55,016 nucleotides of DNA from a virus (taxonomy: Duplodnaviria; Caudoviricetes): positions 1 through 55,016 of IMG/VR virus record IMGVR_UViG_3300025671_000081; one strand, written 5' to 3'. The notes below the pieces were generated by a model, which saw only the letters and a list, made by a program, of their open reading frames with translations, was not told where the DNA came from and did no database searches. Made by a program: the position numbers and the translations under genes. This document shows, piece after piece, positions 9,248-17,300 of the stretch; the first letter of the stretch is position 1, and the number at the start of each line of letters is the position of its first letter.

Positions 9248-9751
9248 ATGAGTGGATTGTTTGGAGAGCCAGTAGAGCGATCGCCGCACAAAAGCGTTGA
9301 GTGGTACACGCCGTCGTGGGTATTCGATGCTCTTGCAATCGACTTTGATCTGGATCCGTCTTCTCCACACGATATGGAAACGGCGGTACCAGCAAAGAAG
9401 AAGTTCACCATCTTTGATGATGGTCTTAAACAGGAGTGGTTCGGACGAGTGTGGCTGAATCCTCCTTATGGAAAAGATACACCGTTCTGGATCCGCAGAA
9501 TGATCGAACACGGTAATGGTATTGCACTGGTATTCAGCCGCACTGATGCGGCTTGGTGTCAGGAAGCAATGGCGGCATGTACTGCAATGCTTTTTGTTAG
9601 TGGACGGATCCAGTTCACACCAGGCAAAGAGAATCAGCACAAAAAGAGCCGTTGCGGTGCTGGTACCGTGCTCTTTGCTTTCGGAAAAGAGAGCGCCTGT
9701 GCGTTGAAGCGTATGAGCGATCGCGGAGTTTATTTAGAACGGAACGAATAA
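9248..9751 (+). CDS. cassette H phage DNA N6-adenine methyltransferase (Dam-type)
   Basis: EWYTP, FDLDP, DGLKQEW, VWLNPPY, FSRTD..W, GRIQF motifs. Confidence 0.9.
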   Translation: MSGLFGEPVERSPHKSVEWYTPSWVFDALAIDFDLDPSSPHDMETAVPAKKKFTIFDDGLKQEWFGRVWLNPPYGKDTPFWIRRMIEHGNGIALVFSRTDAAWCQEAMAACTAMLFVSGRIQFTPGKENQHKKSRCGAGTVLFAFGKESACALKRMSDRGVYLERNE

Positions 9752-9807
9752 CCCAGAGCTTTGCTGTGCGAGTGCAGCGAGCGTCTGTCAAAAGTGAATT
9801 GTTATTC
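9746..9807 (-). repeat. attC-like site 9
   Basis: Minus strand TAACAATTCACTTTTGACAGACGCTCGCTGCACTCGCACAGCAAAGCTCTGGGTTA. Confidence 0.85.
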
Positions 9808-9815
9808 TTACAGAG

Positions 9816-10016
9816 GTGATTATGAGCAGAGAGATGCTAACGAATCGTTTGGAAAAAATTGCCGGTAGTAACGTGATTATGTCAAACGACAAAGAGAAAG
9901 CGGCGCTGTGTAAGTGTGTCAACTATCTGGCCACGCAGCTACAGATTCTTGCGAATGACTTGGATGAAAGTCCTGCAAATGTTTTTAAGCTGGCGTCCGA
10001 GATACTGGAAGAATAA
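9816..10016 (+). CDS. cassette I hypothetical protein
   Basis: GAGGTG RBS (start may be ATG 9822); stop in R box. Confidence 0.75.
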   Translation: MIMSREMLTNRLEKIAGSNVIMSNDKEKAALCKCVNYLATQLQILANDLDESPANVFKLASEILEE

Positions 10017-10065
10017 CGCCGGAATCAGGCGCGAGGCACGAGTCGCACTGATCCGTGTGTTATTG
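10011..10065 (-). repeat. attC-like site 10 (anchor class)
   Basis: Body identical to site 5. Confidence 0.85.
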
Positions 10066-10122
10066 AATTAAACGAACTGCAGGAAGCAATACAGCAAGCG
10101 CGTCAGGCGCTGGGAGATTGAT

Positions 10123-10329
10123 ATGGCAAAGAAGAAGTTAACGCCGTTGAAGAAATTCGTAAAAGACAAGTTCGGCGACGACGTACCTATGCGAACCGCG
10201 CAACACTGGTGCCAGAATGGGCACTTGGCTGGAGCCCGAAAAGTAGGCCGGAAATGGTTTGTCGATGCAGAGCAGTTCGATAAAACTACCGGCAATGAAC
10301 TGGCCGACAGCATCCTGATGGCGTCTTAA
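10123..10329 (+). CDS. xis: excisionase (copy 2)
   Basis: 15 of 68 residues differ from copy 1 (hand count). Confidence 0.85.
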   Translation: MAKKKLTPLKKFVKDKFGDDVPMRTAQHWCQNGHLAGARKVGRKWFVDAEQFDKTTGNELADSILMAS

Positions 10330-10332
10330 TTC

Positions 10333-11460
10333 ATGGCACCAAGAGCGCGCAAGCATACAGGTCTGGAAGCGAATGTGTACCCGAACAAGTCCGGCGGGCA
10401 CACTTACTATCGCTACAAACACCCCCTTACCGGGGTGATGCACCCGCTTGGCAAGAACAAAGCCGAGGCCAACACGGCAGCCAGAATTCTGAACGCGAAG
10501 CTTTTGCAGGATGATGCGTGCGTTGTCGATAGAATCATGGGCACTGTTGGTATCAGCATGGCCGCTCTGGTTGAGCGGTTCCGCGACGACCGATTGCCGG
10601 AAATGAACCTCAAGCCGTCCACCCTCAAGCTAATGGGTTACCGACTGAATCGCATTGTGACCGACCTGGGCGACCGCGTTATCACGGAAATGACCACGAA
10701 AGACTGTGCGACCTGGCTGGATGATAACTTTGAATCAGATCCATACGTTAAGCACCGCGGCACTCTGATCGAGCTATTCCGGTATGCCGAGAACAAAGGG
10801 CTCCGTAACGGCAACGACAACCCAGCGGAAGGCACCTACCCTAACCGGAAGAAGAAGAAGAAAGCCCGTAAGCGCATGACGGTCGAGCAGTACCTTGCCA
10901 TTCACGCCGCTGCGCCAGATTGGATGAAAATCGCAATGGAACTGGCCTTGATTACACTACAGGGTCGTTCTGAGCTGATCAGAATGCGTTACGACGCTAT
11001 CAAAGACGGCTACCTGTACGTTGTCCGTCAGAAAGTCGAGAGCCACGAACACGCACGCCTCAGAATCAAAGTAACGCCAGAGATTGAGAGTATCGTTTCC
11101 CGATCCAGAGACGGTCTGGCCAGTCCCTACATCGTGCACCGTCGCCCGCAGCGGGTGAAAGAGAACAAAGACACCGATCACTGGACCCAGATTGCGCCTA
11201 ATGAGTTCACCAAGCAGTTTCGGCTTATCCGCGACAGACTGCCGGAGTTTATCGGCATACCCAAAGAGGAACGCGGCGGTATCCACGAAGTCCGTGCACT
11301 AGGGTCGTGGCTGTATGAGCAAGCGGGATATGAGCGTGATTACGTTCAGCACCTGATGGCTCACTCTGATGAGAAGATGACCGAATACTATCAGAGCGAG
11401 CATGAAGAAAAGTGGATCGACGTTAAAGCTGAACTCAGCCTGGCGTCGGTGTTTAAGTAA
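10333..11460 (+). CDS. int: lambda-type tyrosine integrase (copy 2)
   Basis: 11 of 375 residues differ from copy 1 (hand count); catalytic residues intact. Confidence 0.95.
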   Translation: MAPRARKHTGLEANVYPNKSGGHTYYRYKHPLTGVMHPLGKNKAEANTAARILNAKLLQDDACVVDRIMGTVGISMAALVERFRDDRLPEMNLKPSTLKLMGYRLNRIVTDLGDRVITEMTTKDCATWLDDNFESDPYVKHRGTLIELFRYAENKGLRNGNDNPAEGTYPNRKKKKKARKRMTVEQYLAIHAAAPDWMKIAMELALITLQGRSELIRMRYDAIKDGYLYVVRQKVESHEHARLRIKVTPEIESIVSRSRDGLASPYIVHRRPQRVKENKDTDHWTQIAPNEFTKQFRLIRDRLPEFIGIPKEERGGIHEVRALGSWLYEQAGYERDYVQHLMAHSDEKMTEYYQSEHEEKWIDVKAELSLASVFK

Positions 11461-11512
11461 CCCGGCGTTTAACTGTGAACGCCAGTGAATCATTTAGAAC
11501 GCATTGTTATGC
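11455..11512 (-). repeat. attC-like site 11
   Basis: Minus strand TAAC-AATGC-GTT(C)TAA...TTAAAC-GCCGG-GTTA, with the canonical extra C in L''. Confidence 0.9.
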
Positions 11513-11529
11513 GTTGGGAGGATACCGAA

Positions 11530-11853
11530 GTGACAGACCAAGAAAAAATAGTTTCAGCAATCAAGCATATACCTACGGATGAGATAGCTGCGCTGCCGTA
11601 CTTCAAGAACCGTGGGAAGAATTTCATAGCCCGTGGATTGGCGAATGATAAGACCGGGGAGCGTGAGCGCGCATTCAGTGACGTCATAAAGGAATTTCAC
11701 GAGGACGGCAACAGTCTCTGCCTTATTGTCGGTGAAGATGAAGCCGAATTGCGCGGGGCTTTTACCTTGTTTCAGTGGCTAACAACAAATGTCGGAAGCG
11801 TCGTTCTTGATAGGGCGTTACGGTCTACAGGAAAGAAGGTTGTTGACGCATAA
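11530..11853 (+). CDS. cassette J hypothetical protein
   Basis: GGGAGGA RBS then GTG 11530; stop in R box. Confidence 0.78.
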   Translation: MTDQEKIVSAIKHIPTDEIAALPYFKNRGKNFIARGLANDKTGERERAFSDVIKEFHEDGNSLCLIVGEDEAELRGAFTLFQWLTTNVGSVVLDRALRSTGKKVVDA

Positions 11854-11898
11854 CGCCGGAATCACGGGCCGCAGGTCCCGTGAAACCGTGTGTTATTG
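11848..11898 (-). repeat. attC-like site 12 (anchor class)
   Basis: Minus strand TAACACACGGTTTCACGGGACCTGCGGCCCGTGATTCCGGCGTTA. Confidence 0.85.
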
Positions 11899-11918
11899 AT
11901 GCTTTGGCGACTACTGTA

Positions 11919-12193
11919 TATTGCCAATGTATTGCCAATTATTTGCCAATGCAAACAGCAGGCACAAAAAAGACGCTTATAAGCGCCTGATTTGTAAGGG
12001 ATTTTTGGTAGGACTACCCAGATTCGAACTGGGGACCTCTACCATGTCAAGGTAGCCTTCCAAATCCGCTAAGCGTCTGTTTTATAAGGGATTTACCCCT
12101 TAAAACCGTGCGCAATGAGCGCAATAAACGCGAACCGCGCAACCTTTTAAAATCAATGACTTAGGTTTTGCGCAACCACTGGATATTGCCAAT
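11919..12193. other. attP region: arm-type repeats (TA)TTGCCAAT at 11919, 11930, 11942 and 12184; IHF-consensus site 12151-12163
   Basis: Repeats flank the tRNA-derived core; AATCAATGACTTA matches WATCAANNNNTTR. Confidence 0.8.
12006..12055 (-). other. attP core = 3' part of tRNA-Val(GAC), not a full tRNA
   Basis: Minus strand CTACC-TTGACAT-GGTAG anticodon arm, CCCAG-TTCGAAT-CTGGG T arm, ending CCTACCA; D arm and 5' acceptor strand absent. Confidence 0.9.
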
Positions 12194-12200
12194 AGGAATT

Positions 12201-12764
12201 ATGATGCCCAGACGAAAACAAAAACCAAAAACCCGCAAGAAGCCCATGCGCAGAACGGCACGTCAAGTGCAACGTCATGAAGCGTCGCGGCTCATAAAAG
12301 ACCTGGTCGCCGTGTACGTCTTCACCGGTAGCGGCTCAAAGCCTCGAGTATTCAACCGCACAACGTTCATAGAGGTTCCGGTTACCGATGAAATTGACTC
12401 CGCCCTAAAGAGTCACCCGTACCGATGGCGTATCAGCACTGCCCTTCTGCTTCGCGAAAAGAATGGCAAGCGGAAACTTATTAGTGAAGAGGTGTCTGCT
12501 CGCGATAAAAATGGAATCGCTCGAATCGAGTACGGAAACCTAGCGCCACAGGTTGTCGATAGTCACGTCGACCTCGTCTCAAGCTACTCCAACCAAGACT
12601 TAATAGTAACAGTGGGCTGGGTTGCTGATCCAAGCGGCAAAGAGCTCTCGCCAGAAGATGAAATGCGTCTCTATGAAGCAGCGAAGGCTTATGAAAACTT
12701 CATCGCTGCTTGGGAACTTCCTGCTGCTGAGGCTGCCGGCCAGTTAGTGGAAAAGGTAGCGTGA
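12201..12764 (+). CDS. hypothetical phage protein
   Basis: AGGA RBS before ATG 12201; long ORF. Confidence 0.7.
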   Translation: MMPRRKQKPKTRKKPMRRTARQVQRHEASRLIKDLVAVYVFTGSGSKPRVFNRTTFIEVPVTDEIDSALKSHPYRWRISTALLLREKNGKRKLISEEVSARDKNGIARIEYGNLAPQVVDSHVDLVSSYSNQDLIVTVGWVADPSGKELSPEDEMRLYEAAKAYENFIAAWELPAAEAAGQLVEKVA

Positions 12765-12796
12765 CGAATCCTGAAGAGGATGAAAAGCACAGGTAC

Positions 12797-12854
12797 ACAT
12801 AACCCGGCGTTTAACTGTGAACGCCAGTGAATCATTTATAACGCATTGTTATGC
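12797..12854 (-). repeat. attC-like site 13
   Basis: Near identical to sites 8 and 11. Confidence 0.9.
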
Positions 12855-12871
12855 GTTGGGAGGATATTTAA

Positions 12872-13075
12872 GTGACAGATGAAAATTCATTCGTGATTCG
12901 TCTTTTACACGAGAAAAACGAGTTGCATTGCAGAATGACACTACTAAATCGTTTCAATCATTCTGATAAATTTTTAGAGCTGAGCGAAGAAGAGCAAGTG
13001 CTACTACTGGAACAACACAGAGCAATGCAGAAATATTACGGGATACTCAACAAGCGCTGCGCCCTGTACGCATAA
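12872..13075 (+). CDS. cassette K small helical phage protein (crAss001_48-like)
   Basis: RL..EK.EL..R...L..F...DKF..L..EEQ.LL..Q..AM..Y..IL..R pattern. Confidence 0.75.
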   Translation: MTDENSFVIRLLHEKNELHCRMTLLNRFNHSDKFLELSEEEQVLLLEQHRAMQKYYGILNKRCALYA

Positions 13076-13127
13076 CGCCGGAGTCGCGCGTCGAGGTACG
13101 AGATCGCCGCGCACCCGTGTGTTATTT
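13070..13127 (-). repeat. attC-like site 14 (anchor class)
   Basis: Minus strand TAACACACGGGTGCGCGGCGATCTCGTACCTCGACGCGCGACTCCGGCGTTA. Confidence 0.82.
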
Positions 13128-13415
13128 CGGTATGACCATAACCTCTATATCCGGAGCTGCAACCCGGGCACGCTCAGGGAACCGACCTTCTTCAGGTTCG
13201 CATATCAGAACAATGGCCGGCATCCGCCCTGTCGATCGAGCGTAGTAAAGAGCCTGGCCTACAGCCTCCGCCCATTTATGGCACCAGTCGAACTCAACCG
13301 CGTGAGTAGGTGTGAGGCAGTCGACCCGGGTACGGTCTTCGAGCACGTATTCGGTTTTACCGCCCATATGTGGGCAATACGCGCCAACGTAGTCAGCTTC
13401 CATTGGTCTCGTCAT
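13122..13415 (-). CDS. small PD-(D/E)XK-like fold protein
   Basis: RVDCLT..HAVEFD..KWAEAVGQALYY motif; stop codon inside R'' of site 14. Confidence 0.65.
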   Translation of the reverse strand: MTRPMEADYVGAYCPHMGGKTEYVLEDRTRVDCLTPTHAVEFDWCHKWAEAVGQALYYARSTGRMPAIVLICEPEEGRFPERARVAAPDIEVMVIPK

Positions 13416-13578
13416 TTGCTGCAGATTGATTCATTGCAGCAATGTAGCCTAAACGGAATGACATCGCATCTTTAATGACAGGGTGATCGGGTTCGAGTTC
13501 GGCGATAGAAAACAGGGCCTTCTTACCGCAAGGCTTCTGAGTAATGATGAGACTTTCGGTGATTGCTATTACTTCCAT
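13393..13578 (-). CDS. hypothetical protein
   Basis: GGAAGAG upstream of ATG 13578; overlaps next gene. Confidence 0.5.
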   Translation of the reverse strand: MEVIAITESLIITQKPCGKKALFSIAELEPDHPVIKDAMSFRLGYIAAMNQSAANDETNGS

Positions 13579-13712
13579 GAGGTGCTCTTCCTTATTGATA
13601 AACAAAATATTAATGCATCCAATTGCAAGCGTCATCGGTAACAGAAGGTCAATTTATCCAATGCAGACAAAATGGCATACTTTGTCTAAATGGGAAAATT
13701 GAGGTTAAAGGT

Positions 13713-14159
13713 ATGCATGGTGTGGCCGGTCTGGGCAGTCGACTTCGAGAAGCGCGCAGGGAGGCGGGGCTATCAGCTGATTGGATGGTGCGCTTTCTTA
13801 ATGGGTACTTAGTATCAGCAGGTATGAAGCCCGTAGGCATACAGACCTATTACAGCTGGGAGCGAATAGGCACTCCCAGAGAAAGACCGGGGAAGTCCTA
13901 CCCTCACCCGCTGATTTATAAGCTGGTGCTGATCCCGCTGGGTGTGACTGGATACTGGCTGTTCAATGGGGATATGGGCGGCAAGATAGTAAAGTACAGA
14001 AAGGATCTTCCTCAGCTTGAGAAGATCAATTACGGCATCGAACAGAAATCAGGAGTAACGCTGCCTGATCGCTTGAGGATGGAATTTAATAGGGTTGAGC
14101 CGCTAATGAACAACGGCCAGCGTAGAGGGTTATTGGAAATGCTAAGGGCAACCAGATGA
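13713..14159 (+). CDS. XRE-like HTH DNA-binding protein
   Basis: LGSRLREARREAGLS..., YSWE.IG, LGVT.YWLFNG; GAGG RBS. Confidence 0.7.
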   Translation: MHGVAGLGSRLREARREAGLSADWMVRFLNGYLVSAGMKPVGIQTYYSWERIGTPRERPGKSYPHPLIYKLVLIPLGVTGYWLFNGDMGGKIVKYRKDLPQLEKINYGIEQKSGVTLPDRLRMEFNRVEPLMNNGQRRGLLEMLRATR

Positions 14160-14398
14160 TAGGCAGCTGGACATACGAAGAGGCGGCAACGCTGATACTG
14201 ACATGCTATGCACTCAGCTTCGTCATCGTAATTATGTCTGACAGTGTACCAACCAAGTGGCGAACGTGGACCACGGTGCACTGTGTTGCGCTGGCGGTAC
14301 CCATCGCAACACTGGCCACCTCAATTCTGGTGGCGATACCCGGCCTTATGATTCTTGGCCTGGTAATCGCAGCCACGTCCCGGGTTAAGCGTCGATAG
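14156..14398 (+). CDS. small membrane protein
   Basis: 2-3 hydrophobic helices; coupled to HTH gene. Confidence 0.6.
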   Translation: MIGSWTYEEAATLILTCYALSFVIVIMSDSVPTKWRTWTTVHCVALAVPIATLATSILVAIPGLMILGLVIAATSRVKRR

Positions 14399-17300
14399 CT
14401 TTCAGCTTCGGCGATACACGCTCAATCAAGTGATTCCTGCGCAGCTTCAGCAAGTCGATCTGACGTCGCTTTTCTTCTGCGCTGAGACTTCCGTTTTTCT
14501 CAATGGCCTTAATCCGGTTGCGGATCTCCTGTAGCCGTCGGTTCACCTGATTCATTAACTTGCGCATACCAAGCAGGTCGCGGTTTTCCCTCAAGGTGTC
14601 GGCGTACTCTTCCATGTCGCCCTCTTCTCTGTACTTCCTCATATCCGCATAGAGGCGGTCAGCCTTACGCAGTGAGTCATAGAAAAGCTCTGCGTCTTTT
14701 GTGTAAGACGGCCGAGAAGCATCACGATAGAAGCGTTTGATCGGCTGATACTCTGTCAGGAAAACAGACGGTTTTTCTGTATCGCTGAACTGACGAACAG
14801 CTACATCAGGAATGGCCGACGCCCATGCGCCAACCTGTCCGAGGTAGCCACCGATTAAGAAGTCCATCTGAACCGGTGACAGCGCGTAGTTTGAATCTTC
14901 GCCGAACACGCCCGTGGTCACCTTGCTCAGCATCTTGGCGACGCCGGTTGTGCCCTCATTGACCCGATTACTTTTGCTCAGTCGGGACTGCCCCATGGTT
15001 TCAATCTGACGCCCGGTGAACGAGTCCTTGTTCGCGTAGACATCCAGCGAAGGCTGAAACATCTGAGGCACAGCACTGAATGCAAACGTACCTGTCAGCA
15101 TGTGCCACATACGCTCACGGAACAGTTTGCCGGTAGCCTCGTCGTTCATGCCTTGCTCAAGTAATCGCTCAGTTACCGTTGCGATGGCGCCAACCTCAAA
15201 CGGTTTAGGGATGGTAATGACGTGATCCGTTTCCGGAATACGGAACCACCAGTAGGAATCCTTCAGCCAGTCTGGGGCTTTACGGTATTCCTCATCGTCC
15301 TGGTTATGTGCGAACAGAGTCATAGTGGCAACCGAAAGCGCGCCAACCACAGCAGAGAATCTGGCTGCCGCCTTTTTCTCTTCAATGCTGGTTTCGACAT
15401 TACCAACCCCAAGCATCTGCGCCACTACCTTCGTCGATGGCTTCACGCCAGAGCGATACAGCTTATCCAGGCCCTGCAAGCGAGCATTCAGGAATGGTAC
15501 AACGTCGATCAGAAAGCGAACCGCAGGCCACGCGCCATGCGCAGAGAAGTCCATCAGGTCGCGAGCCTGAAACGCTGCGTACATGGTCCCCTTTCCCGCA
15601 TCCTCAGCCTGCTTGAATGCAGCCGCACGATTCACGTTCTCAAGGCTGTTATTCACATCCATCCATCTATCCCAGCCAGCCTGTAAAGGCTTCAGCCCCA
15701 GAGACAGAAGCTGTTTAGGGTCCTTGATAACCTTTGCCCGGCGCATCTGGCCATCGATCTGATACCGGATAGAGTCAGCATCCTCGCCATAAACGTGACC
15801 GAAGCTGAACGCACCGCCAGACGCCATCAGCCGCGCTCGTTCATATCCGTGACGATCAAGCAGACCGAACGATTTGAGACCCTGCGCAATGTTGCTGGCC
15901 GCGTTCTTGCTCATGTCGGTAACCGCCACTGCACTCATAGAGTCCCGCAGAAGGTTGGCGACAACGAACTGAGGCGTACTGGTGGTCAGGTTGGTGAAAG
16001 TTCTTTTAAACCAGCGCATAGCCGACATGGCATAGCCGTTCATGCCGGTGTGGTTCAGACTGGTCAGCGACGAATAGACCATAGGGTCAGAAATGTCGTA
16101 CCACTCTTTCACGCCATTACGCAGTATGAAGGTGCTTTGCTTTTTGTCCCGAGCTGCCTCGACAGTTTTCTCTGCCGCGCCTAACTCCACCGCGTTATCA
16201 ATGCCCTGCTTCGCTGCCATGTTCTTCATGCTGGCATCAACCAGGTGGTGTAAGTTCATCAATGTGTTTTGCAGGAGGTCATTCAGGTTCTGAGTGCCAC
16301 CCTTCAGCTTCTTATAAGCCTGCTGGCGAGAAAGCCCGCCCATAACCCTTGGGCCTGTAGTGTCGTCGTTGTCTTCGTCCAGTCGGTAAAAGGGAACGTA
16401 AAACTCGTTCGCCCACATTTCCCGGTTTTCGCTGGTGATAATTCCTGACTCTTCAGCAATCGCCAGAACGTCGTCCCGGTACTGCTGGAACTCTTTGAAC
16501 ACCTTTTCATACAGAACGTTACGGTTACCGCCGTTTTTCAATTCGCCGCGGTTAAGCCCTTTCAGCGCCTGAATGTCTTCCGGAGTGAACAGATTTTCAC
16601 GACCTTCGGCCATCAGCTTTTCGCCGCGGTTACCGGCGATCCACCCCATGAAGCGCTCAATCTCAGCGGACGAGCCCAGTTTATTCAGGGTATAAATCAG
16701 GCCGTTAGTGTCTTTCTTCACATCGACGATACCGTCTTTGTTCATAAAGATACGGCCTGCGTTCATCATCGCAGACACAGCACCAGAGGCGGCATTGCTC
16801 ATTTTGGCGCGAGCCCAGGCAGAACGAGTGATGTTTTCTTCACTGGTGATATTGCCGTCAAGCAACTTCTTATCCAGCTCCATCAATCCAGCATAGCGAT
16901 CAACCAGACCCTGACGGACCTTTAAGCGCCAGCCGTCCATAACGCCGCGCACTTTTTCGGCGGCAGTTTCTACCGGGCCTTTCGGCCCGATTTTAGAGAG
17001 GGCTGATTTCTCGGCATCGTTAAGGCTGGAGTCTTCCGCAAGGTCGTCGGATAAGCGGGCGAGAGTTCCACCATCCTGACCAGACGAACCATTCTCACGA
17101 AGGTGACGACGCCCTTTTTCAATCAGCGCCAGAGTGTCTGTATCCGTCCAGTCGATATCAGGATTGAATTTGCGGATCAGGTCGCGCAGGGCAGCAATAG
17201 CACGCTGTACCAGCCCCATCTTTTTACCTTTCTCGGCAAGGTGGGCAATGTACTCCAGAACAGCAATACGACGCTCATCTGGGTTGTCATAGTCAAATGC

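Larger units (their letters stand above)
8604..10065 (-). mobile_element. attC cassette array 2 (cassettes F-I plus anchor site)
   Basis: Five attC-like sites alternating with four single ORFs. Confidence 0.88.
10012..11463 (+). repeat. copy 2 of ~1.45-kb direct repeat (attC + xis + int)
   Basis: Colinear with 7161-8612. Confidence 0.95.

Noticed and set aside
7482-11460. Integrases as IntI integron integrases
   Set aside because: Lambda-type arm-binding N-terminus, partner xis and tRNA attP; no IntI-like motifs recognised
11914-11929. LexA box starting CTGTATAT
   Set aside because: Right half lacks CAG; sequence is part of the arm repeats
12006-12055. Functional tRNA-Val gene
   Set aside because: D arm and 5' acceptor strand missing
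6085-13127. CRISPR array or REP elements as explanation of the repeats
   Set aside because: Units are variable and separated by whole genes of 200-1400 bp; R/L box layout fits attC; no cas genes
6085-13127. Sites are just intrinsic terminators
   Set aside because: Conserved TAAC/GTTA boxes, bulged L arms and cassette end complementarity are not explained; most lack a proper U-tract next to the stem
13119-13475. + strand 118-aa ORF as an extra cassette gene
   Set aside because: Antisense shadow of the motif-bearing minus-strand gene; no closing attC
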